In this document: positions 46,437-57,013 of the stretch, piece after piece
Layout: each line of letters begins with the position of its first letter
How positions within the stretch are numbered: the stretch's first letter is position 1
Origin: an uncultured Acidobacteriota bacterium
GTDB taxonomy: Bacteria > Acidobacteriota > Thermoanaerobaculia > UBA5066 > Gp7-AA6
NCBI GenBank assembly: GCA_963733815.1
Contig: CAVTEG010000009.1
Location: forward strand, 115,580-179,579
Direction of reading: 5' to 3'
Length of the DNA: 64,000 nucleotides
Made by a program: the position numbers and the translations under genes
Notes under the pieces: model-generated
The model's input: only the letters and a program-made list of their open reading frames with translations
What the model was told of the DNA's origin: nothing
Database searches by the model: none

Positions 46437-48278
46437 ATGCGAACGAGACGGATTTCTTTCGGCGTGCTGCTGCTGTCGGGCCTTCTCCCGGTGGCCGCGA
46501 GCGGTGCGGAGTCGAGCGCGCGGATCGAGCGAGTCGAGAAAGGCCTGCGTCCGCCCGTTCTCGTGGAGGGGGACGCGACCTGGACGCTCGACGAGCGACT
46601 CAAGAAGTTCGCCGTGCCGGGGTTGAGCATCGCGGTCATCCAGGACGGCCGGATCGTCTGGGCGAAGGGCTACGGCCTGGCCGACGTCGATGCGAACAAG
46701 CCCGTGACGGCGGCGACGCTCTTCCAGGCTGGCTCGATCAGCAAGCCGGTCGCGGCGATGGGTGCGCTCACCCTCGTCGAGGACGGGAAGCTCTCGCTCG
46801 ATCACGACATCAACGCGTCGCTCAAGAGTTGGAAAGTTCCCGGCAACGCCTTCACGCAGAAGACACCGTTGACGCTGGAGGAGCTGCTGTCGCATACCGC
46901 CGGCCTGACGGTCCACGGCTTCCCCGGCTACGCCGCGGGCGCTCCGGTTCCCACGGTCGTGCAGGTCCTCGATGGGACGCCGCCGGCGAACACGGCGCCC
47001 GTCCGCGTGGACATGGCTCCCGGGACGCAATATCGCTATTCCGGCGGCGGATACACGATCGCGCAGCTCGCGATGACCGACGTGACGGGAGAGGCGTTCC
47101 CGAAGTTCATGGCGGAAGAGGTCTTGCGCCCCGTCGGCATGACGGCGAGCACCTACGAGCAGCCGCTTCCGGAGGCGCGCGTGCCCGAAGCCGCGGCCGG
47201 GTACCGCGACGGCGGCAAGCCCGTCGAGGGCAAGCGGCACGTCTATCCCGAGATGGCGGCGGCCGGACTCTGGACGACGCCGTCGGACCTTGCGCGATTC
47301 GCGATCGCCATGCAGAAGATGCTCCGCGGCGAGAAGGGCCCGCTCTCGAAGACGATGGCGCAGAACATGGTGACGCCGCGCAGAGACGGATACGGCCTCG
47401 GCTTCGCGATCGAGGACAAAGGTGGAACGACGTATTTCACCCACGGCGGCGCCGACGAGGGGTTCCAGGCGCTCCTTTACGCGAGCGTCGACAGGGGCTA
47501 CGGGGCGGCGATCATGACCAACTCGGACGCGGGGTTTCGGGTGATGCCGGAAGTCCTGCGCGCGATCGCGGCCGAGTACAACTGGGAGGGCTTTCAGAAG
47601 GAGCCGGTCGTGCTCGCGAAGCTGTCGCCCGAAGAGCTCGCGCGCTTTGGCGGTCGCTACAAGCTCGACTCGGACACGCTCTTCGTCGTCACGCCGCAGG
47701 GCGCCGGCCTCGAAGTGAAGGAGACGCTCGGCCCGAGCTTCACGCTTCTTCCGGTTTCGCGGGACGCGTTCGTCCGAAGGGACGAAGAGACCCGGTACGC
47801 GTTCGGCCGGCGGGCGGACGGCGGCGCGGAACTCCGCATCGACGGCGAGAAGCTACAGACCGCGCCGCGGGTGGACAAGAACGCGCGGGTGCCGTCGGAG
47901 GACCTCGAGGCCGGCCACGTCGACGAGGCTCTCGCGGGGTACAGGAAGCTGAAGGCGGCGAACCCGTCGGACCCCATGGTGGCCGAAACCCGGTTCAACG
48001 GGATCGGCTATGGACTTCTGCAGCGAGGGGAGACCGCGAAAGCCATCGCCGTCTTTCGCCTCAACACCGAGCTCTATCCCGAGTCCGCGAACACGTACGA
48101 CAGTCTCGCGGAAGCGACGGAGGCGAGCGGCGACAAGACCGGCGCCGTGGCGCTGTACAAGAAGGCCCTCGAGGTCGCGGGTCAGGGCAAAGGGTCCGCG
48201 ACGGCGGGCGCCGGGTCCAACGAGAGCGTGCAGGCGCACGCCCGGGTGCGGCTCGAGGCCCTCGGCGCTCAGCCCTGA
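46437..48278 (+). CDS. serine hydrolase of the beta-lactamase/PBP4* family with C-terminal TPR-like domain, secreted
   Basis: Signal peptide MRTRRISFGVLLLSGLLPVAASG. FQAGSISKPVAAMG (SxxK), LLSHTAGL, FTHGGADEG. The C-terminus has TPR-like helices. Confidence 0.8.
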   Translation: MRTRRISFGVLLLSGLLPVAASGAESSARIERVEKGLRPPVLVEGDATWTLDERLKKFAVPGLSIAVIQDGRIVWAKGYGLADVDANKPVTAATLFQAGSISKPVAAMGALTLVEDGKLSLDHDINASLKSWKVPGNAFTQKTPLTLEELLSHTAGLTVHGFPGYAAGAPVPTVVQVLDGTPPANTAPVRVDMAPGTQYRYSGGGYTIAQLAMTDVTGEAFPKFMAEEVLRPVGMTASTYEQPLPEARVPEAAAGYRDGGKPVEGKRHVYPEMAAAGLWTTPSDLARFAIAMQKMLRGEKGPLSKTMAQNMVTPRRDGYGLGFAIEDKGGTTYFTHGGADEGFQALLYASVDRGYGAAIMTNSDAGFRVMPEVLRAIAAEYNWEGFQKEPVVLAKLSPEELARFGGRYKLDSDTLFVVTPQGAGLEVKETLGPSFTLLPVSRDAFVRRDEETRYAFGRRADGGAELRIDGEKLQTAPRVDKNARVPSEDLEAGHVDEALAGYRKLKAANPSDPMVAETRFNGIGYGLLQRGETAKAIAVFRLNTELYPESANTYDSLAEATEASGDKTGAVALYKKALEVAGQGKGSATAGAGSNESVQAHARVRLEALGAQP

Positions 48279-48306
48279 CGAGGGTTATCGGACTTTCGGA
48301 GGTGCG

Positions 48307-49596
<1,290 letters not shown>

Positions 49597-49631
49597 CCGG
49601 CCCGGCCCCGAACGGCGGAGCTCATGAAGCC

Positions 49632-49943
49632 GTCATCCCGAGGAGCGAGCCGACCACCAAAGGCAGACCCGCGTCAGTAGGCAACGCCGAGCGAAGCTCG
49701 GCGGTAACCGACGAGGGATCCCGGACTCGATATGCAATGCCGTCGTCCGGAGCCTGCCGAGTGCAGGATCCCTCGTCTCGCTCGGGATGACGCCTCAGCC
49801 GTCATCCCGAGGAGCGGAGCGACGAGGGATCCCGGACTCGATCGCCACCATCTCATTTCGATTGCGGATCCCTCGCTGCGCTCGGGATGACTCCTCAAGC
49901 CGTCATCCCGAGGGCGGAGCCCGAGGGATCCCGAGCTCGATCG
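49632..49943. repeat. REP family 1 cluster, five units in alternating orientation incl. the about 95-bp long variant
   Basis: Long unit 49632..49727 is about 85 % identical by eye to the reverse complement of 16309..16400. Short units at about 49765 (inverted), 49801, 49866 (inverted) and 49902. Confidence 0.85.
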
Positions 49944-49964
49944 CTCAAGGGCTAAGATCCCCGT

Positions 49965-50912
49965 GTGATTCCGATCGAGGCCATCCGCGCCGCCGACGAG
50001 CGGACCCGGGGCAAGGTGCACCGCACGCCGCTGCTGTCGGCCTCGTCGCTCGGAGCGCGCGCCGGAGTTCGCCTCTCGCTCAAGTGCGAGAGCTTCCAGA
50101 AGACCGGTTCGTTCAAGGCGCGGGGCGCGTTGAACAAGGTCTTGTCGCTGTCGGACGAGGACCGCGCGCGGGGCCTCGTCACGGTCTCCGCGGGCAACCA
50201 CGCGGGGGCTGTGGCCTGGGCGGCGGGGATCGCGGGCTGCGCGGCGGTCGTCGTGATGCCCGACGGCGCGCCCCGTTCCAAGATCGAGGCGGTCCGCTCC
50301 TACGGCGCCGAGATCGTGTTCCACGCCGACCGGGCCACGCTCTTCGATCGCTTGAACGAGGTGCGCGAGGCCCGCGGCCTGACCTTCGTGCATCCGTTCG
50401 ACGATCCGACGGTTCTCGCCGGCGCGGGCACAGCGGGTCTCGAGATCGTGGCCGACATGCCCGACGTCCAGACGGTCGTCGTTCCGGTCGGGGGAGGCGG
50501 GCTCCTCGGCGGCGTCGCGTCGGCCGTCAAACAGCTGAAGCCGTCGGCCCGCGTCGTCGCGGTCGAGCTCGCCGCGGGACCGGGTCTCGCTCCCGCCCTC
50601 GCCGCGGGCAAGCCGATCCCCGTCCAGCGTCCGGAGACGCTCGCCGACGGCATGACGCCTCCGTTCGTCGGCGCGTTGCCGCTGGAGATCGCGCGGGAGG
50701 CTGTGGACGAAATCGTCACGGTGACGGAAGACGAGATCCGGGAGGCGATGCGGCTACTCATGACGCGCGCCAAGCTCGTCGTCGAGGGCGCCGGCGCGGC
50801 GGCCACCGCCGCGGTCCTCGCCGGAAAGACCGGAGCCGCGGAGGGAGCGCTGGTCGTCGCGCTCGTCTCGGGAGGGAACATCGACCTGGCGAGGCTCGCG
50901 GAGATCGCTTAG
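49965..50912 (+). CDS. threonine/serine dehydratase (PLP-dependent, short form)
   Basis: HRTPLLSASSL, KCESFQKTGSFKARGALN (PLP-Lys), VSAGNHAGAVAWAA, VPVGGGGLLGG. Confidence 0.85.
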   Translation: MIPIEAIRAADERTRGKVHRTPLLSASSLGARAGVRLSLKCESFQKTGSFKARGALNKVLSLSDEDRARGLVTVSAGNHAGAVAWAAGIAGCAAVVVMPDGAPRSKIEAVRSYGAEIVFHADRATLFDRLNEVREARGLTFVHPFDDPTVLAGAGTAGLEIVADMPDVQTVVVPVGGGGLLGGVASAVKQLKPSARVVAVELAAGPGLAPALAAGKPIPVQRPETLADGMTPPFVGALPLEIAREAVDEIVTVTEDEIREAMRLLMTRAKLVVEGAGAAATAAVLAGKTGAAEGALVVALVSGGNIDLARLAEIA

Positions 50913-53104
50913 GGCCCGAACTTCACCTCAAACTCGACCTCCTCCATAGACCCTCCGTTGAGATGAAACGAGCCCATGAAGCCGTAGTTCTGATGTTCGG
51001 CGATCGTGGCCTCGGACGCTCCCTGGCCGAGGAACAAGTCGTAGTCGCCGGGAGAGATTCCGACGACCGAAAGTACCCCGTCGCCTCCGCTGGTCCAAGG
51101 CATCCCGTACTGGCCGAACTGGTTGTATAGGACTTGCCTGGGGATCACCTGTCCGTTCCAGCGGAGAAGAACCCACTGGTCCTGGAGTGGTTCGGACTCG
51201 GGAGGTGGAGACTTCATCTTGACCTTGACCGCGGCGTAATCACCGCTGCAGCCGAGTTGCGCACTATCTGCGTCGGCCGCGACATCGGAGACTAGAAGCG
51301 GACAGCCATAGCCCGTTGCAAACAGCCGGGTCGGTCCCGATGGGGACCGGGGGACCGAGAAGTGTCCCTGGAGATCGGTGGTTGCATCTCCCTGTCGAAT
51401 AGGGACGCCGCTCGCCAACCTGTACGATGCGACGAGGACGTTGGGAACGGGCGCTCCGCCTGGCGTGAGGACGTCCCCTTCGATCGAGTCCAGACGCTGC
51501 ATCACGAGGGTCACGGGGGCGGGCTCGGCATCTTCGCTGAACGGGGGCAGGTCGAGATCGTCGCTGGTCTTGTACCCCTTCTTGCTCGCCTTGAGCTGGA
51601 TCAGGCCTTCGCCCTCGATTGAGTACTCGAAGTGACCTTCCGCGTCGGAGGTGTTACGGCGGTGCTCCGTCGCGCCCCCGGCCGTCTGAGAGAGTGTCAC
51701 ACGGGCGCCCTCGACGGGCGTACCGTCTTGATCTACGACGGTGCCTTTGATCTGAGAGTCTTTGAGGTTGAAATCAACCGCGGCGCCGTCGACGTCAACG
51801 TCAACGGATCTGTCGGCTGCCGAGACGGCACCGCCGCCAGGCATCACTTCGAAAGAGTAGCGGCCGGCGCTGAAGACCTGGCCCTTGTAGTTGCCAGTAT
51901 CATCCGTGACCGCCTTCATTGGTGCCGGGAACGTCGTGCGGCCGCTGCCATTGGGAAGGTCTTCTTCGCGGGCGGCGATCACAGTGGCGCCAGGTAGCGC
52001 CTTGTGCCCACGCTCGACCTTCCCCGTGATGCGGATTTGCTTGAGGGCAACGTCTTCGTGAATTGTGGAACCCTCAGCAATGACCACCCAGGAGTCGAGG
52101 CCCGCCCCTCCTTCTGAAGGCGTGACTCGGAAGAGATAGGCCCCTTCCTTCGCGGGAGTCGTGCGGCATTCGCCCTTCTTGTCGACGACGCCTGAGAAGA
52201 AGACGTCCGGATCCGGTACGAGTCCTTTGCCCTTTCGAGAAGCTCTTGTCGACAGGAGAAGGCATTGCGCCCCCTTTGCCGGGGCTCCATCCAAGGTCAC
52301 CTTCGCTTCTACAGAGCCACCGCGGTCGAAGGTCATCTCACGAAACAGGAAGGTCCCCTTGGGTGAGCCGACTCCATGATCCGTCGTCTCTAGGACTCCA
52401 GCGGCCCGCCCTCGGATGTTTACGAAGGGAGGGGACAGAGGTCCGAAGACGGCGACGCCGTCCTGTTCGGAGACACCTTTCATGATCTGCAATGGATCGC
52501 CGCCGGAGGCAGTACCGAGTAACTCGAGATCCGCCTTCAGGGGTTTTTTCTCATCTCGAGAAACGCAGCGAACAACCAGCGACCAGCCATGTCCGCGGCG
52601 GTAGCTGATCGGGTAACGCTTTCCAGGCTGAGGTGACAAAAGGTGAAGGTCCGGGGCCGCCTCCGGAGCTTCGAGCGCGAGGACTGAAGGGCGTGAGGGA
52701 ACCTTTACCTCTGCGCCGACGCCGGGGATCTGGGCGTCGGGACGTCCAAACGACCCGTTGCGGTAATAAATCGAGGCGCGCAGTTTGCCGTCGGGCGGCG
52801 CGTTTTCGATGGCTATCGTCGCCTTGCGCGGAACGCGAATCGAGGCTGCCGCGGTCGCGGGAGTGAACTCCACGGGTCCGTGATCCGGCCCCTCCGCCGT
52901 CGCGCTATCGAAGGCTTCGAAGCCCTCCGGTACCCTCCAGGGCGCCGCATCGCGGCACTGCGTGTCTACCCCTTTCGTGAAGCAGATTCGGAGTGGAGCG
53001 GTGATCGAAAGACCTCGGTCATCCACCACTTTGATCGCGGCTGCCGCGCAGAGAGCGGTCCAGGTTAGAAACGTTGCGACGACGAGGAATACCCGAGGGC
53101 GCAT
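50909..53104 (-). CDS. large secreted protein with several carboxypeptidase-regulatory-like (CarboxypepD_reg / Ig-like) domains
   Basis: RBS GGGGAGGAG. Signal peptide MRPRVFLVVATFLTWTALCAAA. Repeated pattern IKGTVVDQDGTPVEGARVTL...TSDAEGHFEY, ITGKVERGHKALPGATVIA...TDDTGNYKG, IEGDVLTPGGAPVPNVLVA...TTDLQGHFSV. GC is lower than the surroundings. Confidence 0.65.
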   Translation of the reverse strand: MRPRVFLVVATFLTWTALCAAAAIKVVDDRGLSITAPLRICFTKGVDTQCRDAAPWRVPEGFEAFDSATAEGPDHGPVEFTPATAAASIRVPRKATIAIENAPPDGKLRASIYYRNGSFGRPDAQIPGVGAEVKVPSRPSVLALEAPEAAPDLHLLSPQPGKRYPISYRRGHGWSLVVRCVSRDEKKPLKADLELLGTASGGDPLQIMKGVSEQDGVAVFGPLSPPFVNIRGRAAGVLETTDHGVGSPKGTFLFREMTFDRGGSVEAKVTLDGAPAKGAQCLLLSTRASRKGKGLVPDPDVFFSGVVDKKGECRTTPAKEGAYLFRVTPSEGGAGLDSWVVIAEGSTIHEDVALKQIRITGKVERGHKALPGATVIAAREEDLPNGSGRTTFPAPMKAVTDDTGNYKGQVFSAGRYSFEVMPGGGAVSAADRSVDVDVDGAAVDFNLKDSQIKGTVVDQDGTPVEGARVTLSQTAGGATEHRRNTSDAEGHFEYSIEGEGLIQLKASKKGYKTSDDLDLPPFSEDAEPAPVTLVMQRLDSIEGDVLTPGGAPVPNVLVASYRLASGVPIRQGDATTDLQGHFSVPRSPSGPTRLFATGYGCPLLVSDVAADADSAQLGCSGDYAAVKVKMKSPPPESEPLQDQWVLLRWNGQVIPRQVLYNQFGQYGMPWTSGGDGVLSVVGISPGDYDLFLGQGASEATIAEHQNYGFMGSFHLNGGSMEEVEFEVKFGP

Positions 53105-53215
53105 GGGCTCCTCCCCTTTAGGTCTTCGACTGGCCGCGCACTATCCTAGACGTTTGCGGCCGGCAAGGTACCCCAGTGGGCTTCGCGACCGCGCTGCGCG
53201 CTAGGGGGACAGACC

Positions 53216-53575
53216 TTAGGTTCGCGCCATCCGCGTCGCCCGGTACTTCTGCGTGGCATAGCCGACGATCGCGCCGACGATCGCGCCCGGCAGCATGATC
53301 TCGAAGTAGTAATGCTGGCCGTTGGCGGCGGGCATCGCGGCCACGAGGTAGGCGAGCAGGAGACCGACACCGAGACCGAAGACGATCCCGAGCGGCAGGG
53401 AATTGACCTTGTTCGCGAAGAATCCGATCGCGAGGCCGGCGATCAGGCCCTTGACCGTCGAGCCGACGACGATCATCAGCATCTGGTCGCGCACCTCGGG
53501 CGTGAACCAGGCCGTCAATCCGTCGAAGATCCCGAGGATTCCGCCCAGCAGCAGTCCGAATACCGGTTTGGCCAT
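53216..53575 (-). CDS. small Gly-rich four-TM membrane protein
   Basis: ATG 53575 after AGGAGGG. MAKPVFGLLLGGILGIFDGL...GLIAGLAIGFFANKV...GIVFGLGVGLLLAYLVAA...LPGAIVGAIVGYA. Confidence 0.55.
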   Translation of the reverse strand: MAKPVFGLLLGGILGIFDGLTAWFTPEVRDQMLMIVVGSTVKGLIAGLAIGFFANKVNSLPLGIVFGLGVGLLLAYLVAAMPAANGQHYYFEIMLPGAIVGAIVGYATQKYRATRMART

Positions 53576-53624
53576 CGTCCCTCCTGTCATATCTATTCAA
53601 CGTCCGCCCGAGATCCTTTACGGA

Positions 53625-54659
53625 TCAGCGCCGCGAAAAGATCAGCAGCAGCGATCGCATCACGATGTAGGCGGCGATCAGGAGGATCGCCGTGCGGTAG
53701 CGCCCGAAGAAACGGGCCGCTTTTTCCCAGACGCTCTCCCGGTAGGCGGTCACCGGTTCCCCGTCGAGGTGCTTCGCGACGTCCGCGGCGAAGTCCTGGG
53801 CCGAGGCGTAGCGCGAAGCCGGGTCGACGGCCATGGCCTTGGCCGCGATGGCGGCGAGCGGCCGGGGCGTCGATGGCGCCCGTTCGTTCGCGGGCGGCGG
53901 AGACGACGCCGAAGCGCCGCGCATGCGGGCCAGGGCCGCGTCTCCTTCGAACGGAGGATGCAGTGTCAGAAGAAAGTAGAGGATCGCCCCGAGCGCGTAC
54001 ACGTCGCTCGCGACTCCCACGCGGTCGGCGACACCCTCGGCCTGCTCCGGCGCCATGTAGCCGAGCGTGCCCAGGACCGTGCCTTCGGCGGTCGCCGCGG
54101 GGCTCGCGGGTTCGCCGTCGCGAGGCGCACCTTCTTCGGGCAGCTCCAGGATCTTCGCGATGCCCCAGTCCAGGACCAGGACCTCGCCGTAGCTCCCGAC
54201 CATGACGTTCTCGGGCTTCAAATCCCGATGCAGCACCCCGTGCGCGTGCGCGAAGGCGACCGTCTCGCAGACACGCTGGAACACGCGGAGGCGCTCGGGA
54301 AGGGACGCCTGCACGGCCAACTCGTCGAGCCGGCGCCCGTCCACTCGCTTCATCGCGTAGAACATCCGGCCGTCGGGCAGCGTGCCCGCATCGTGCACGG
54401 GCACGATCCCGGGGTGCTCGAGGCGGGCGATGATCCGCGCCTCGCGCAGCGTCCGCGCCGCGATCTCGGGATTCGCGGCTCCGGGACCGACGACCTTGAG
54501 CGCGACCTTGCGGCCGAGAACCCGGTCCTCCGCGAGGTAGACCGTCCCCATCCCGCCCGAGCCGAGCTCCTCGAGGACGCGGTACTTGGTGTCGCCCAGG
54601 TCAGGCCACTCCGCGACGCGGCGCAGGTGGGCCACGGTCTCGTCGGAGAGCCACCTCAT
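53625..54659 (-). CDS. Ser/Thr protein kinase, C-terminally membrane-anchored
   Basis: The ATG overlaps the upstream TGA (ATGA). LGSGGMGTVYLA, VALKVV, HRDLKPENVMV, DWGIAK, GTLGYMAPEQ. Single C-terminal TM segment RTAILLIAAYIVMRSLLLIF. Confidence 0.85.
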   Translation of the reverse strand: MRWLSDETVAHLRRVAEWPDLGDTKYRVLEELGSGGMGTVYLAEDRVLGRKVALKVVGPGAANPEIAARTLREARIIARLEHPGIVPVHDAGTLPDGRMFYAMKRVDGRRLDELAVQASLPERLRVFQRVCETVAFAHAHGVLHRDLKPENVMVGSYGEVLVLDWGIAKILELPEEGAPRDGEPASPAATAEGTVLGTLGYMAPEQAEGVADRVGVASDVYALGAILYFLLTLHPPFEGDAALARMRGASASSPPPANERAPSTPRPLAAIAAKAMAVDPASRYASAQDFAADVAKHLDGEPVTAYRESVWEKAARFFGRYRTAILLIAAYIVMRSLLLIFSRR

Positions 54660-55408
54660 CGGTGGACTCCGAGCAGGCTGCGCGCTTCGTCGCGGAACTC
54701 CCGGTCGCTGGTCGTGATCTCCCGCAGCTTCTCGAGCACGATGCGGCGGAATTCGCGCCGCGCGAACGCAAGGAAGTTGGTCACCTGGGTGGCGGGGATT
54801 CCGAACTCGTCGGCGAGCCGTTCGTACGTGAGCTTCTCGTCGGGGTCCCGGTCGAGCTCGTAACGCTCGAACAGGAGGTAGGGCAGGTCCTTCCCGCGCA
54901 GCGCGCACTCTTCCCGCAGCTTGTCGACGGCGAGGGCAAAGAGGCTGCGGACCCACTCGGCGTGGAAGTACTGCTCCATCGTCAGGTGCTCGGGCGGCTC
55001 CTTCATCGCGAGCTCTCCCTCGGCGCCCTCGAAATCCAGCGGAAGGAGTGCCGAGCCCGGCGAGCGCTTCGCGCGGGCCGCGGCTTTCTTCTCGTTGGCG
55101 ACGAAGCGGTCGAGGCAGACGCGAAGGTACGTCCGGAAGCTTCCCTTGCCCGGATCGTACCCGGCGAAGAACTCCTTCTCGATCGCGCGGGTGAAGAAGC
55201 CCTGCGTCAGGTCCTTCGCGTCCTCGTTGGATTCGCCGAAGCGGGCGCGCAGGTACTTGTACACGGGTTTCCAGTACGTCTCGACGAGAGTTGCGAATCC
55301 GCTCTCGCGCTCGACGAGGTCCTCGCTCTGCGCCGCGAGAACGGCCGATCGCCGCGTGGCGGGGAACCGCTCCCCGCCCGGACCGCCGATGTCGGTGTCG
55401 GGAGGCAT
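54656..55408 (-). CDS. ECF-like sigma-70 family sigma factor translationally coupled to a Ser/Thr kinase
   Basis: 250 aa. N-terminal FPATRRSAVLAA. Region-2-like YWKPVYKYLRARFGESNEDAKDLTQGFF. Region-4-like LTYERLADEFGIPATQVTNFLAFARREFRRIV. Confidence 0.7.
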   Translation of the reverse strand: MPPDTDIGGPGGERFPATRRSAVLAAQSEDLVERESGFATLVETYWKPVYKYLRARFGESNEDAKDLTQGFFTRAIEKEFFAGYDPGKGSFRTYLRVCLDRFVANEKKAAARAKRSPGSALLPLDFEGAEGELAMKEPPEHLTMEQYFHAEWVRSLFALAVDKLREECALRGKDLPYLLFERYELDRDPDEKLTYERLADEFGIPATQVTNFLAFARREFRRIVLEKLREITTSDREFRDEARSLLGVHR

Positions 55409-55428
55409 GCTCGGTATATGGTAAGAGG

Positions 55429-55851
55429 GTGACGTCCGACGCGACAGCGGTTGCCGCCGCCAACGTGGCGTTTTACAGGGCCCTGGAGGCCCGGGACGTG
55501 GAGACCATGGGGGAAATCTGGCTCCACGACGAGTCCTCCAGCTGCGTCCACCCCGGCTGGCACCGCCTGGACGGCTGGGAGGAAATCGAGCGGTCCTGGG
55601 AGAACATCTTCTCGAACTCGCGCCCCTGGAGCGTCATTTGCGAAGACGTGCGCATCGCGGTGGCCGGGGACCTCGCCTGGGTCACGTGCGTCGAGGTCAT
55701 CACGCCGTTCGGCGGCAACGGGACCGCGGACGCGGCGCGGATGCAGGCCACGAATCTTTTCGGACGCGTGGACGGAGAGTGGCGGCTGGTTCACCACCAT
55801 GCCTCGCCGTCGCCGACCGAAGACTCCGAAGAAGACGAAACGGTCAATTGA
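55429..55851 (+). CDS. SnoaL-like / NTF2 family (DUF4440-like) protein
   Basis: GTG 55429 after AAGAGGG. AAANVAFYRALEARDVETMGEIW...HPGW...WLVHHHAS. Confidence 0.65.
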   Translation: MTSDATAVAAANVAFYRALEARDVETMGEIWLHDESSSCVHPGWHRLDGWEEIERSWENIFSNSRPWSVICEDVRIAVAGDLAWVTCVEVITPFGGNGTADAARMQATNLFGRVDGEWRLVHHHASPSPTEDSEEDETVN

Positions 55852-55871
55852 CGCGCGGAGGCGCTGCGCGG

Positions 55872-55942
55872 CTCAGACTCTGAGCGGCCCGCTGCGCGGG
55901 CCGACCGACCGGAGAGGGGAAGTCGCTCGAGACCCCTCTCCC
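55872..55942 (-). repeat. REP family 2 copy (inverted orientation) plus GGAGAGGGG/CCCCTCTCC hairpin
   Basis: The reverse complement reads GCGACTTCCCCTCTCCGGTCGGTCGGCCCGCGCAGCGGGCCGCTCAGAG. Compare with 39072..39116. Confidence 0.8.
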
Positions 55943-55972
55943 CTTGCATGACTGTGGTCTGATTCAGGTCCT

Positions 55973-56941
55973 ATGAAGGCCGTTCGCGTCCACTCGCCCG
56001 GAGGTCCCGAGGCCCTCGTCGTCGAGGACATCCCCGAACCGACTCCGAAGGCCGGCGAGGTGCTGGTCCGTGTCGAGGCGGCCGGCGTCAACTTCATCGA
56101 CATCTACCACCGTACGGGCCTCTACAAAGTCGGACTGCCCACGACTCTGGGGCGGGAAGGCGCCGGCACGGTCGAGCGCTGTCGGGCCGGACGTCGCGGA
56201 CTTTCGCCCGGCGACCGCGTGGCGTGGGCGATGGAGCCGGGGTCTTATGCCGAGAAGGCCGTCGTTCCCGCGGCGCGGCTCGTGAAGATTCCCGACGGAG
56301 TGCCAACGCGTGTCGCGGCGGCGGCGATGCTGCAGGGAATGACGGCGCACTACCTCGCCTGCTCGACGTACCCGCTGAAGTCTGGAGACACGTGCCTCGT
56401 CCACGCCGCGGCCGGCGGCGTGGGGCTGCTCTTGACCCAGATCGCGAAGATGCGCGGCGCGCGTGTGCTCGGCACGGTCTCGACGGCCGCGAAGGCCGCG
56501 CTTTCGAAGGGAGCGGGAGCCGACGCCACGATCGACTACACGAAGCAGGACTTCGAGGTGGAGGTCAAGCGCCTGACTTCCGGCCGGGGAGTGGAGGTCG
56601 TGTACGACTCGGTCGGCAAGACGACGTTCGAGAAGAGTCTCGCGAGCCTGTTGCCTCGGGGCATGCTGGCTCTCTTCGGGCAGTCGAGTGGCCCGGTTCC
56701 GCCGGTCGACCCGCAGGTCCTCTCCCAGCGCGGCTCGCTGTATCTGACCCGGCCGACCCTGGCCCACTACATCGCCACGCGAGAAGAGCTGCTGTGGCGC
56801 GCGGAGGAAGTGCTGGGATGGATTCGCGACAAGCGCCTCAGGGTACGGATCGACCGGGAGTTCCCGCTCTCCGAGGCCGCGGATGCGCACCGCGCTCTGG
56901 AATCCCGAGCCACCTCCGGCAAAGTGTTGCTGGTCACGTAG
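55973..56941 (+). CDS. NADPH:quinone oxidoreductase (MDR/zeta-crystallin family)
   Basis: GEVLVRVEAAGVNFIDIYHRTGLY, LVHAAAGGVGLLLTQIAK, PLSEAADAHRALESRATSGKVLL. A local out-of-frame patch at 56177..56209 is restored by a second indel. Confidence 0.85.
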   Translation: MKAVRVHSPGGPEALVVEDIPEPTPKAGEVLVRVEAAGVNFIDIYHRTGLYKVGLPTTLGREGAGTVERCRAGRRGLSPGDRVAWAMEPGSYAEKAVVPAARLVKIPDGVPTRVAAAAMLQGMTAHYLACSTYPLKSGDTCLVHAAAGGVGLLLTQIAKMRGARVLGTVSTAAKAALSKGAGADATIDYTKQDFEVEVKRLTSGRGVEVVYDSVGKTTFEKSLASLLPRGMLALFGQSSGPVPPVDPQVLSQRGSLYLTRPTLAHYIATREELLWRAEEVLGWIRDKRLRVRIDREFPLSEAADAHRALESRATSGKVLLVT

Positions 56942-57013
56942 CCGGTTCGCTCCGGCTGTGAAATGATCACTCCACGCATCGCACGCCTCTGACTCTTTCG
57001 AGGAGGAGGAATC

